In this document: positions 11,501 through 19,914 of the stretch, piece by piece | Numbering within the stretch: the first letter of the stretch is position 1 | How the letters are laid out: the number at the start of each line of letters is the position of its first letter | IMG/VR virus record: IMGVR_UViG_3300044591_002420 | Span: 1-64,000 of that record | DNA: 64,000 nt | Source: a virus | Reading direction: 5' to 3' (one strand) | Program-made: the position numbers and the translations under genes | Notes under the pieces: generated by a model | What the model saw: the letters and a program-made list of their open reading frames with translations, nothing else | Told to the model about the DNA's origin: nothing | The model's database searches: none

Positions 11501-11981
11501 ATTGGGATCATTAGAAACACTTGAGAAACTATTCGGGAGAAATTTTGTTTCTAAGCCACAATATAGACAATTTTTAGATGAATTAACAACATCAATAACA
11601 TCTTCAGTATCAAAAAAAACTAATAATAACAAGCCTGTTTTGCAACAAAAAAGACGGCCCAGTAAATCCCGTTCAAAAAATAATTCAAAAATACGACAAC
11701 CCAGAGCAACTAGAGCTAAAGCTAAACCAAATGCTCTTCAAAGCACCTGGAGTAATCTAAAAAGTGGATTCAAAAAATTAACAGGATTGAAGCGAGGAGG
11801 ATTCATCGGTAATTACTCAAGTGTTCCATCTGGTTATGCTTCTTATGAAAATTATGGAGGTTCGGTTATTGTTGCAATTCAACCTGTTATGATACAAAAA
11901 GAAGTGGCGATTGATAACACTATTCCGATACCATTTCCGATGCCTTCTAGTGTAAATAATGTATCCAACTTTAGAGGATAA
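8583..11981 (+). CDS. large tail protein with SleB-like hydrolase, M23-like peptidase and amidase_3-like domains
   Basis: MIAAEAG..GVLAVILNR..QFSP..IGNHVF; YHHV..GTQG..VHTHLE; PLDH..FHLDA..ALLELG. Confidence 0.7.
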   Translation: MNSQSKNRPLTDKALVLKIRKKVLTMEKVLKNSIGAQLLNQKNDDKQKKKNKKISDDKDKKKRKQSLLEKVRNKAAVKTGIFDGLTNFFVNSLLGFVFTKIIPFLPRLTGILGALKPAGDFLALIARLFMGAIGGFIETGYKVHDQLKGKHDTIKKIPIKQEFNSFQQALTNTLSDVTDVVYKIAGQDTPKTTTSKTQQKPIKGAATGGTIGPTRGNIPVYKSPTRELKSTRQTRVPRKQSIPETNIGKDVGGEAKVREFYRSPKIGLGGILGIFRPKGTPSRKTPVDSISNISKSLRRRNQLFGDIASVGSDLALGQKPSKTVYKNTAKDVIELARFIAERQEQKQKDSIFAMAYGGVIPSRASEVASRNNLVEMVSVIIERSVEERVNKAIGDFRQPIGRDEMLEKNRQKGGGASGPGGTSSGGYNDSGISYGGMGNVESIKITNFNSDDIDALGRMIAAEAGSESDVGKAGVLAVILNRYRLIKSGKARPESFGIRGKNKDNITVRDILFAGSQFSPIRDGRFSQMSSSSGRDALAAAIRGGGNDPEKFRRLLIDKGLSTQDADYVARSISFSNPKARSSRPFNTKEVIIGNHVFQQSSDIKLTGNIGKFDAEIREIEQMTALMNAHEKAKYLIVMSGRKGYRQVKPGESVPTDYLHHGSEDIRNGLIVRDYGITPQISGGSQMLEGEGAPLVVPLGMKAKAIREGPNALRFEDPQTGGVIARYHHVENIPGSINGKILTGGTFIGTQGGRPGAASAYGSSTAVHTHLEGSLEWHKAFIRTYAGGLDVTKTNLQQKLNTQLAPAKGDYDILIPLDHVPPHLLYSVPDKRGGNTFKNASQLGADGRERQYTDDIAAYVSQRLGKEGYRVKIVRPEEFGNYEDYDAFIEKHSKSGATVLPFHLDADPKRGGTGFLARIRKNDALDRKLAESLAPVLEKYTGIFKGGHRYGGIDTVLNATINRASAGPAALLELGSLETLEKLFGRNFVSKPQYRQFLDELTTSITSSVSKKTNNNKPVLQQKRRPSKSRSKNNSKIRQPRATRAKAKPNALQSTWSNLKSGFKKLTGLKRGGFIGNYSSVPSGYASYENYGGSVIVAIQPVMIQKEVAIDNTIPIPFPMPSSVNNVSNFRG

Positions 11982-13312
11982 TGACACTTAATCTTAATGC
12001 TGCGGCGAGTTCTTCGCAGTTAAAACAATTCACATTATACTCTAATAACAACAGAGATGTTGATATTACTGGTGGTTTTATTGAGATGTGTTTTTATCAG
12101 AGTTGTCTTGATTATAGTGTAAGAGTGACCGCCATTATTGGTGATACTGGTTATCGTCTAGAAGACAACTCTTCTGGTATGTTTGAAAGAGATGATCTTA
12201 ATCTAACAGCGGGAGAAAAGGCAACAATTCTTGCGGAAGATGGTTATGGTAATAAACTCTCATTTTTAGACGATTATCATCTAAGACTTCAACAAGTAAG
12301 AGATATAGATGAACATACAGGTAAAGCCGTATTCACTTTAGATTTTTATTCTAAAGAATGTATTGATAATGAATTGGTTGAATGTAGAGTCACCAAAAGA
12401 TATAATGGTAGAATTTCTGATTCAGTTTCTTCTATTTTAAGCGAAACTCTTAAGACATCAAAAAAGCTTTATATTGATGAGACGATTAATAAGTTTAACT
12501 TTCTTGGTAATATAGAAAAACCATTCTATAAAATTCCTTGGCTCGCATCTAAATCGGTTCCCAATCTTCCAGAATCCATTGGAAAATATGCTGGTTATTT
12601 TTTCTATGAGACACCAGATGACGGTCATGGCAATGGTGGTTATCATTTCAAATCTATTGATAAATTTTTCTCGCAGACTCCCAAAAAGAAACTGATTTTC
12701 AATAATACACCATTTCTTCCTTCTGGATATGATGAGAAGATTCTTGCCTATTCAATCAATAGTTCGGTCAATTTAGATAATACTCTTAGAATGGGTTCAC
12801 TCACAAAACCGATTCTTAAAAGTTTCAATCCATTCACTCAAGAGTACAAAGAGGAAACGACTTTTAGTGATGTTGAGAGAATGAATGAGAATTATATGGG
12901 TGGCACCAATATGCCTCAAATTGCACAGGACTTAGATCTTTGGAATAAATCAACAAAAATTTATAACAGATGGAAACCGATCGGTATTCTTCCAACTGGT
13001 AGTACACTTGAAAAACAATTAGAAGAGATTGAAGCCGCAGATTGGGATATTGAGTCTATTGAAAGGCAGGCAAAGGCAAGATACAATAATCTCTTCAACA
13101 CCCGCCTAAATATTACCATTCCGGGCGATTTCTCTATTCAAGCTGGTGACATCATAACATGTGACTTCCCAGAAATATCAGGCAAGGCATCAAAGATTGT
13201 CAGTAATAAGAAGAGTGGAAATTATCTGGTTATTGATGTGGCTCACAGAATAACAAAAATGAATTGTTTCACATCAATAAATCTAGTAAGAGAATCAATC
13301 TACAAGACATAA
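11981..13312 (+). CDS. baseplate hub/tail protein (gp27-like position)
   Basis: GYFFYET..GYHFKSID, ITIPGDFSIQAGD, SGNYLV; GTAAATA at 11952. Confidence 0.65.
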   Translation: MTLNLNAAASSSQLKQFTLYSNNNRDVDITGGFIEMCFYQSCLDYSVRVTAIIGDTGYRLEDNSSGMFERDDLNLTAGEKATILAEDGYGNKLSFLDDYHLRLQQVRDIDEHTGKAVFTLDFYSKECIDNELVECRVTKRYNGRISDSVSSILSETLKTSKKLYIDETINKFNFLGNIEKPFYKIPWLASKSVPNLPESIGKYAGYFFYETPDDGHGNGGYHFKSIDKFFSQTPKKKLIFNNTPFLPSGYDEKILAYSINSSVNLDNTLRMGSLTKPILKSFNPFTQEYKEETTFSDVERMNENYMGGTNMPQIAQDLDLWNKSTKIYNRWKPIGILPTGSTLEKQLEEIEAADWDIESIERQAKARYNNLFNTRLNITIPGDFSIQAGDIITCDFPEISGKASKIVSNKKSGNYLVIDVAHRITKMNCFTSINLVRESIYKT

Positions 13313-13316
13313 ATTT

Positions 13317-13526
13317 ATGAATAGTATTACCGAACACATTAGATCAAATCAAAAAGAACTTGATAATCCAGGTCTTAGTCCACAAAGACGCAGGCATGTT
13401 TCTCAAGAATTAGAGTCTCTTGAACGTTATCAAAGAAATCATCCTGATTCCGATAAAGATCCATCGTCTCTAGAGCTTTATTGTGATGAAAATCCCAATG
13501 CCTTAGAATGTAGAATTCATGGGTGA
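13317..13526 (+). CDS. cp12: CP12 Calvin-cycle inhibitor (auxiliary metabolic gene)
   Basis: C-terminal LELYCDENPNALECRI motif with cyanophage-type N-terminus (SPQRRRH..EL). Confidence 0.88.
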   Translation: MNSITEHIRSNQKELDNPGLSPQRRRHVSQELESLERYQRNHPDSDKDPSSLELYCDENPNALECRIHG

Positions 13527-15681
13527 AACTCCTGGAGTTAATGCTACTTATTGGTGGGTCGGGCAGGTTGTTGATGAGAAGAACTGGCAAAAATCTCAAA
13601 CCGGTCTACTCCATCGTCCGACCGATACTAAAGGTGAAACATTTTCTTATAAAGTCAGAATCGTAGGTCGGCACACTCCTGAAACTCCAAGTATTGATCT
13701 TCCAACGGCTTCTGTTGCCTTACCTGTAACCGCTGGCGGTGGATTGGCAGGATCTGTTCAAACACCAAACATAAGACAGGGTTCTTATGTTGTTGGATTT
13801 TATCGTGATTGTAAAGATGGCAACGAACCTTTCATCGCATTTGTTCTTCCGGTAAATCCAAAAACGAGTCTGTTTCCAGAAGAACCAGAAAAAGGATTTA
13901 TCGCAAGAAGTGCGTTCACGAATAAACCGATTCCAACGGGAAATATCGGCGCGGAAAGTAAACCCACCGAAAGCATTGATCCGAATCTATACACAACAGC
14001 CGATAGAGATCGTTATGTTGATGGAAGAAGATCCTTTTATCTTCCAAAAACAAAGGCATGTGAAGGTCCATCGGGTCCATTAAAGGGAATTCAAAAATCT
14101 ATTGGTGATGCAATATCAATAACAAATCTTATTAAATCTGGTGTATTAGGAAGTGCGTCTGATCTTTCTGGATTATTGGATAATCAATTATCCTCAATTC
14201 AAAATCGTATAACAGGATTAGTGAAGACTCTTATTGATTCAATGAGAACTTCTGTTATGAATAAAATCAATAAAGAATTCAGCGAAAAGTTAGATCAATT
14301 TAATCCTCAAGAGAGAATCAAATACAGTAAAGAATTTGAGAGTGCTAATGATATTATATTTTGTTTATTTCAAAAGATTCTAAATCGGCTGCCCAATATT
14401 ATTAAAGATCTTTTTGATAGTGTTATTGATAAGTACGTCAATGCACCTCTTTGCGCTGCTGAAAATTTTCTAGCTGAAATAATGTCAAAGGTCTTTGGTG
14501 AATTATCTGATGGCATTAGTGGAATTCTTGCATTTTCGGGAATAGGTGATGTCACCAATCAGATCTATTCTGGTTTATCAATTTTTGTTGGAGTTTTAGA
14601 GTTTCTCACCTGTGAAGATGATGTAAATTGTGAGATGAATGAGCAATGGAGTATTTTTAGTGGACCCAAAAAGGCTCTTGAAAATATAGGCTCAGATATT
14701 GATAAAAGAATTGCTGGTATCACTTCATCTATCACAAACAATGAAAATAATTCGTCTTGTAGTACATCTCAAGTACCTTGTGGTCCACCAACAGTTAGAT
14801 TCTTAAGTTCTTTGGGTTCAGGAGCATCCGCTAATCCCATTGTAAGTTTTACTGGATCTATTATCGGATTTGATATTATTTCCGGTGGAAGTGGGTACAC
14901 ATCACCACCAACAGTTGAGATTGTTGATAAATGTGGTAACGGTTCTGGTGCCATGGGAGTTGCAATTATGAGAAAAGATGATTCGTCTGTTATTGATAAT
15001 GTCGTAATGATTGATAGTGGCGCTGGTTATTTGCAATATCCAGACGGAAGTACCGGAGGAGACGGATTTATATTTTCAAATCCAAATGATACGATTATTT
15101 TTAATGAAACTTCAGGTTATTCTGTCTATGAGCCAGGAACTGTTATTGATGTACTGGAAAATGATTTAATTTATTTTAAGACTTTTGCTAATACCACAGT
15201 TTATGATTCCAGCGGAAATGTATTACAAGATATAATCGGAAAAGGTCCGACCGTTCCAGTAACAATAAACTATAATGGAACTCTCACAACTTCGGTATCA
15301 GATGATATAATCTCAAATCGCGGCGATTTTCCCTCTTCTGATAATTCTTATCCAGTTGTTCTCACTATTGATGATATAGCTGTCACTAATTCTGGATCTA
15401 ATTATGTGAATGGTGATAGTGTTATAGTAACTCCATCTAATGGCGCTGAAATTTCAATCTCCTTTGATGACAATGGATCTATTAAAAATGTGATTGTTAA
15501 TAATGGAGGAATAGGCTTTACAGAAGTTCCAAAAATATCAATTAAAACAAAAACCGGATTCAATGCAAATCTTATTCCTGTGTTTAAGGTTCTAAGAGTT
15601 GGTGATAGTAAAGAAGATATTATATCACCAAATACACCTATCGTGAATGTTATTGATTGTGTGGGGGTCGTAGAGAAATGA
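13519..15681 (+). CDS. gp5: baseplate hub/spike, gp5-like
   Basis: N-terminal OB-fold WWVGQV..YKVRIVGRH..VVGFY; C-terminal GGSGYTSPP repeats. Confidence 0.8.
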   Translation: MGETPGVNATYWWVGQVVDEKNWQKSQTGLLHRPTDTKGETFSYKVRIVGRHTPETPSIDLPTASVALPVTAGGGLAGSVQTPNIRQGSYVVGFYRDCKDGNEPFIAFVLPVNPKTSLFPEEPEKGFIARSAFTNKPIPTGNIGAESKPTESIDPNLYTTADRDRYVDGRRSFYLPKTKACEGPSGPLKGIQKSIGDAISITNLIKSGVLGSASDLSGLLDNQLSSIQNRITGLVKTLIDSMRTSVMNKINKEFSEKLDQFNPQERIKYSKEFESANDIIFCLFQKILNRLPNIIKDLFDSVIDKYVNAPLCAAENFLAEIMSKVFGELSDGISGILAFSGIGDVTNQIYSGLSIFVGVLEFLTCEDDVNCEMNEQWSIFSGPKKALENIGSDIDKRIAGITSSITNNENNSSCSTSQVPCGPPTVRFLSSLGSGASANPIVSFTGSIIGFDIISGGSGYTSPPTVEIVDKCGNGSGAMGVAIMRKDDSSVIDNVVMIDSGAGYLQYPDGSTGGDGFIFSNPNDTIIFNETSGYSVYEPGTVIDVLENDLIYFKTFANTTVYDSSGNVLQDIIGKGPTVPVTINYNGTLTTSVSDDIISNRGDFPSSDNSYPVVLTIDDIAVTNSGSNYVNGDSVIVTPSNGAEISISFDDNGSIKNVIVNNGGIGFTEVPKISIKTKTGFNANLIPVFKVLRVGDSKEDIISPNTPIVNVIDCVGVVEK

Positions 15682-16334
15682 TTGATCTATCACATTTAAA
15701 AATTAATGAGACTGGACCAAAGACGAATCCTGAAGCTATTGCTTATGGTAATAAAGATGGTAAGATTCATTTTGGTTATATGTACACCGCTAATCTTGAT
15801 GCAACAGCGGCAAGTGCATTAGCCGGAGTTCATATTCAAGGATTCCATTCACTTCATTATATGAGTTTGATGAAGAATGGTCCAATGAAAGGTTCTACAA
15901 TCAATCGTTGCCCTGGACCTTATCAGATTGTTTGTGCATCTGAACATGCTGGAGTCGTCGGTGAAACTGATGGAACCGGTTATTTTCTGTTTGTTGAAAA
16001 TGGAGATGTTGTTATACGAGCCCCAAACGGACGAGTAAGAATTTCCGGTCAAGATGTTGACATAAGAGCGGAAGGATCAGACACTTCAAGGGGCACAATC
16101 AATCTGGATTCCAATCAAGCCGTTAATATAAAAACCGGAAGCTTTGATGTAAAGGCCGATCTTGGTATGAAACTCTTCACACCAAAGAGCATAGATATAG
16201 TAGCGAACACTTCTTTGGGCCTAATTAGTAATTTCGTTAATGGTCTTACCGCAGCATCTTCAACAAGACCCGCTAAAGGAGTACCAATATCAGCTTCAAC
16301 TAAAAAGTTCAAAAATTCTCAAAGTTATAATTAA
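15678..16334 (+). CDS. conserved virion protein downstream of gp5
   Basis: Beta-helix-like ENGDVVIRAPNGRVRI; ATGA overlap with gp5. Confidence 0.55.
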   Translation: MIDLSHLKINETGPKTNPEAIAYGNKDGKIHFGYMYTANLDATAASALAGVHIQGFHSLHYMSLMKNGPMKGSTINRCPGPYQIVCASEHAGVVGETDGTGYFLFVENGDVVIRAPNGRVRISGQDVDIRAEGSDTSRGTINLDSNQAVNIKTGSFDVKADLGMKLFTPKSIDIVANTSLGLISNFVNGLTAASSTRPAKGVPISASTKKFKNSQSYN

Positions 16335-16336
16335 GT

Positions 16337-17131
16337 ATGGCATTTTCACAAGACGATGTATGTGTATCTCATCAATTAGTTGTTGGTGATGGTTTTCCTG
16401 ATTTTTTGGGTGTCGGTGAAGAAAAGATAAGAGGATCGGCTTATGTTGAAGGTCCAATGGTTATTGGAGATCCTGATATTTTTTCAAATGTTTCTGCAAC
16501 ACTTATCGTTGGTCCCAATATTAACGTAGACTCAGAACCATCTTTTGTTGGTGGTAATGGTATTTGTGGTAATAATTATAGTCCATATTCACTAGCGGTT
16601 TCCGGTGATGCTGTTATTTTTGATAATCTCAGTGTTAATGGTAGAGTGGATGTTGGTACTCATCTTGTCGCCCAAGGGGAAGTGATTTCTAGATGTGGTA
16701 AACATATTCTTTCGGCTAAGAAGAATTTTGATATTGAACATCCATCAAAACCCGGTTGGAGATTAAGATACACCTGCCCCGAAGCACCATCTAATGATGT
16801 TTATATTAGAGGAACACTTAAAAATTCAAATGAAATCTTATTACCAAAATACTGGAAAGATTTTGTTGATATTGAATCAATAACAGTCAACATCACACCA
16901 ATAAAAACTCTTCAAAATATTATCGTAAAAGATATAACGGAAGAAAGAATTCTTTTATTTTCTGATTTTTCAATGCCAATTCATTGTTTTTATCACGTTT
17001 TTGCTGAAAGAAAAGATGGTGAAAAACTAATTCCAGAATATAGAGGTGATAGCCCAGCCGATTATCCTGGTAATAATAACGAATATTCAATTTCGGGTTA
17101 TCACTACGACGTAAAGAATAATCATGGTTGA
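16337..17131 (+). CDS. virion/tail protein with KNFDIEHP-type C-terminal domain
   Basis: KKNFDIEHPSKPGWRLRY..E.P..VYIRG..LPKYW. Confidence 0.6.
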   Translation: MAFSQDDVCVSHQLVVGDGFPDFLGVGEEKIRGSAYVEGPMVIGDPDIFSNVSATLIVGPNINVDSEPSFVGGNGICGNNYSPYSLAVSGDAVIFDNLSVNGRVDVGTHLVAQGEVISRCGKHILSAKKNFDIEHPSKPGWRLRYTCPEAPSNDVYIRGTLKNSNEILLPKYWKDFVDIESITVNITPIKTLQNIIVKDITEERILLFSDFSMPIHCFYHVFAERKDGEKLIPEYRGDSPADYPGNNNEYSISGYHYDVKNNHG

Positions 17132-17888
17132 AACTACAAATAATATTCTAATCACCAGAGAATATGGCGAAAAGGATTGTTCGGATCCAGTTATAACAGG
17201 AATTCCATCAGAACGTTTTGATTTTGTGTTGAAGCCATATAATGCAGATTTAGAAGATGTATCTTCAGAATTAAATATTGATCCTCCTTGTGATCTTTGG
17301 TATTATTATAACATGAAGGTGGGTTCACTAAAGGCATTAGAAGATGTTAATGTTGATGGAGAAGTTATTGCCGTTGGTGATGTGTCATCCAATAATGGAA
17401 TTCATGTTCTTTCAAATAAGAAAAATTTACCCTTTGATATGCCTCATCCTAATAAAAAAGGATGGAGATTAAGACACGTCTGTATTGAAGGTCCAGAAAT
17501 CGCTGTTTATTGTAGAGGGAAAATAAATGAAACCGGAATTATTGATTTGCCTTCTTTCTGGGACGGTCTGGTAAATCTTGATGATATGACCATAAATATC
17601 ACACCTATTGGTCATTGGCAAGAATTATTCGTTGAACATATCAATAAAAATACAAACCAAGTCATCATTAAAAATAATAACGGTACCAAAATTCGGGCAG
17701 GTTATCATATCATCGCAAGAAGATTAGATGATGATCTTATTGTAGAATATCAAGGTGATAATTATACAGATTATCCAAAAGGAAATGAAGGATATTCTTT
17801 TAATTATGAACATTCTTATGTTGAAAATTTAATCAAAGAACAAATTAAGAGAGAAATAAAAAATGCAAGTAACAAGAGAAGTCAGTGA
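17124..17888 (+). CDS. virion/tail protein, paralog of the upstream gene
   Basis: FDMPHPNKKGWRLRHVCIEGPEIAVYCRG..LPSFW. Confidence 0.6.
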   Translation: MVETTNNILITREYGEKDCSDPVITGIPSERFDFVLKPYNADLEDVSSELNIDPPCDLWYYYNMKVGSLKALEDVNVDGEVIAVGDVSSNNGIHVLSNKKNLPFDMPHPNKKGWRLRHVCIEGPEIAVYCRGKINETGIIDLPSFWDGLVNLDDMTINITPIGHWQELFVEHINKNTNQVIIKNNNGTKIRAGYHIIARRLDDDLIVEYQGDNYTDYPKGNEGYSFNYEHSYVENLIKEQIKREIKNASNKRSQ

Positions 17889-18018
17889 CGATCTTATCGC
17901 ACTACAAGAAGATATCGCGGCTCATTTCTGTGAAGATAACTTTCCTATGAGTGGTGAATTGTATTGGACTTTAGTTGAATCTATTGCCACAGCAAAGCTA
18001 TCGGAAATTACATCTTGA
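17863..18018 (+). CDS. small hypothetical protein (below ORF-track cutoff)
   Basis: MQVTREVSDDLIALQEDIAAHFCEDNFPMSGELYWTLVESIATAKL; fills the intergenic gap. Confidence 0.55.
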   Translation: MQVTREVSDDLIALQEDIAAHFCEDNFPMSGELYWTLVESIATAKLSEITS

Positions 18019-18073
18019 CCACTTTAGAAACTGTCACTAGGTAACTCCAAAATTCATGAGGATGTGTTATGAT
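18016..18073 (+). promoter_or_regulatory. palindrome plus extended -10 promoter
   Basis: TGACCA-N10-TGTCAC, then 30 nt to TATGAT preceded by TGn. Confidence 0.6.
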
Positions 18074-18291
18074 TGATTCATCTTCGTATTTGAAGTAATG
18101 AAAATCTCAAAAACAAATATTCAAGCTCAATATAACATCCTGGTAAATCAAGGTCTAGAGGATTGGGAAGCTAGAACTACAATCATCAATGATATGATTT
18201 CAATGGAACCAACATCGGAACATTTTGTGGGTAATCCGGGAGATTCTGATTATTATTTCACAATTCAGACCATTTGGAATCTGTGTAATCC

Positions 18292-18504
18292 ATGAGACCC
18301 GAAACTCGTGAAGCTATGGAGAATCTCTTTGGTGCGAAATGGAATGTTCCAAAAGCGGCAGATTATTGTAATCTCACCAACAAAGAGTGTAAAATTATCT
18401 TTAATGAATATTGTCGTCTAAATCCTCCAACGTATGTTCAAGAAAGTTCTTCTGATCTACTTGTGTTATCTCATTCTGATGATGTGAATGATGAATCTCG
18501 ATAA
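18292..18504 (+). CDS. small conserved cyanophage-type hypothetical protein
   Basis: MRPETREAME.LF.AKWN.PKAA..CNLT.KE.K..F. Confidence 0.6.
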   Translation: MRPETREAMENLFGAKWNVPKAADYCNLTNKECKIIFNEYCRLNPPTYVQESSSDLLVLSHSDDVNDESR

Positions 18505-18715
18505 TAAAAGCGATATCATACATGAAAACATTAAAAGTCTTTCATGGGGCGACAAAATTAATCTAGCACAAAATCCAAACACTCCAGCAACAACATTAGA
18601 ACAACTAGCGACCGATGAGGATTGGATGGTTCGTTGGGATATTGCAGAAAATCCAAACACACCCCGCTACATCAAAAAGTATCTTAAAATTCAAAAGTAT
18701 CTAGCTATATTATGA
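18488..18715 (+). CDS. LRV/HEAT-like repeat protein, tail class A
   Basis: LEQLATDEDWMVRWDIAENPNTP plus YIKKYLKIQ tail. Confidence 0.8.
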   Translation: MMNLDNKSDIIHENIKSLSWGDKINLAQNPNTPATTLEQLATDEDWMVRWDIAENPNTPRYIKKYLKIQKYLAIL

Positions 18716-19200
18716 GAAAAGTTGAACAAGCTAAAGATCCATACACTTCAACCGAAATCCTAGAACAACTGGCTACCGATGAGGATCCTGATGTTCGTTA
18801 TGAAGTAGCAAGAAATCCAAACACTCCACCAAAAGTTCTAGAACAACTAGCGACCGATGAACATTATGGTGTTCGTTGTTGGGTAGCACGAAATCCAAAC
18901 GCTCCTCTACATATTCTAGAACAACTAGCTACCGATAAGGATTCTCTGGTTCGTTGTGGTGTAGCAATAAATCCAAACACTCCACCAGAAATCCTAGAAC
19001 AACTGGCAACCGATAAGAGTTCTGATGTTCGTTTGATGGTAACACGAAACTCAAACACACCATCAAAAGCACTAGAACAACTAGCAACAGTGCCGCTCGG
19101 TTCGGTTTGGGGGATTCACAGAAATGTAGCAAAAAATCCAAACACACCATGTTACATCAAGAAGTATCTTAAACTACAAGATCATCTAAAAACATTATGA
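18712..19200 (+). CDS. LRV/HEAT-like repeat protein, tail class A
   Basis: Five 26-aa repeats plus YIKKYLKLQ tail. Confidence 0.9.
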   Translation: MRKVEQAKDPYTSTEILEQLATDEDPDVRYEVARNPNTPPKVLEQLATDEHYGVRCWVARNPNAPLHILEQLATDKDSLVRCGVAINPNTPPEILEQLATDKSSDVRLMVTRNSNTPSKALEQLATVPLGSVWGIHRNVAKNPNTPCYIKKYLKLQDHLKTL

Positions 19201-19754
19201 ACAAACTTGAACAAGCTAGAGATCCAAACACATCACCCGAAATCCTAGAACAGCTAGCTACCGATGAAGATTCTTATGTTCGTTCTGGGGTAGCAAGACA
19301 TCCTAACACTCTACCAACAACATTAGAACTTTTAGCTACTGATAATGATTATTGTGTTCTTTGGGAAGTAGCAAGAAATCCAAACACTCCACCAAAAGTT
19401 CTAGAACAACTAGCGTCTGATGGACATTGGCGTGTTCGTGAAAGGGTATCAATACACCCAAACACTTCTCAAGAAACATTAAGAAAACTAGCGACTGATA
19501 AGGAATTTTGTGTTCGTCGTGGCACATCATATCATCCAAACACTCCATCAACAACATTAGAACTTCTAGCTACTGATAGGTATGGTTCTGTTCGTTGGTA
19601 CGTAGCACAAAATCCAAACACCCCACCAAAAGTTCTAGAACAACTAGCGACCGATGAGCATTATGGTGTTCGTTATAATGTAGCACAAAATCCAAATACA
19701 CCATGTTACATCAAGAAGTATCTTAAACTACAAGATCATCTAAAAACATTATGA
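19197..19754 (+). CDS. LRV/HEAT-like repeat protein, tail class A
   Basis: Six 26-aa repeats; last 57 nt identical to the upstream gene. Confidence 0.9.
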   Translation: MNKLEQARDPNTSPEILEQLATDEDSYVRSGVARHPNTLPTTLELLATDNDYCVLWEVARNPNTPPKVLEQLASDGHWRVRERVSIHPNTSQETLRKLATDKEFCVRRGTSYHPNTPSTTLELLATDRYGSVRWYVAQNPNTPPKVLEQLATDEHYGVRYNVAQNPNTPCYIKKYLKLQDHLKTL

Positions 19755-19914
19755 TTAAACTTAAACTAAAATTCAAGAAACTCAAATGACTAAAATTGTT
19801 TTAGATATCTTTCTCACACTCACTGTTTTCTGTATTGCGTCTTATCTTATCACAATAGACTGACCGAGTGATTGATGACTCTAAATAATAAAACAGGAAT
19901 TGTTTTAGAAGACA

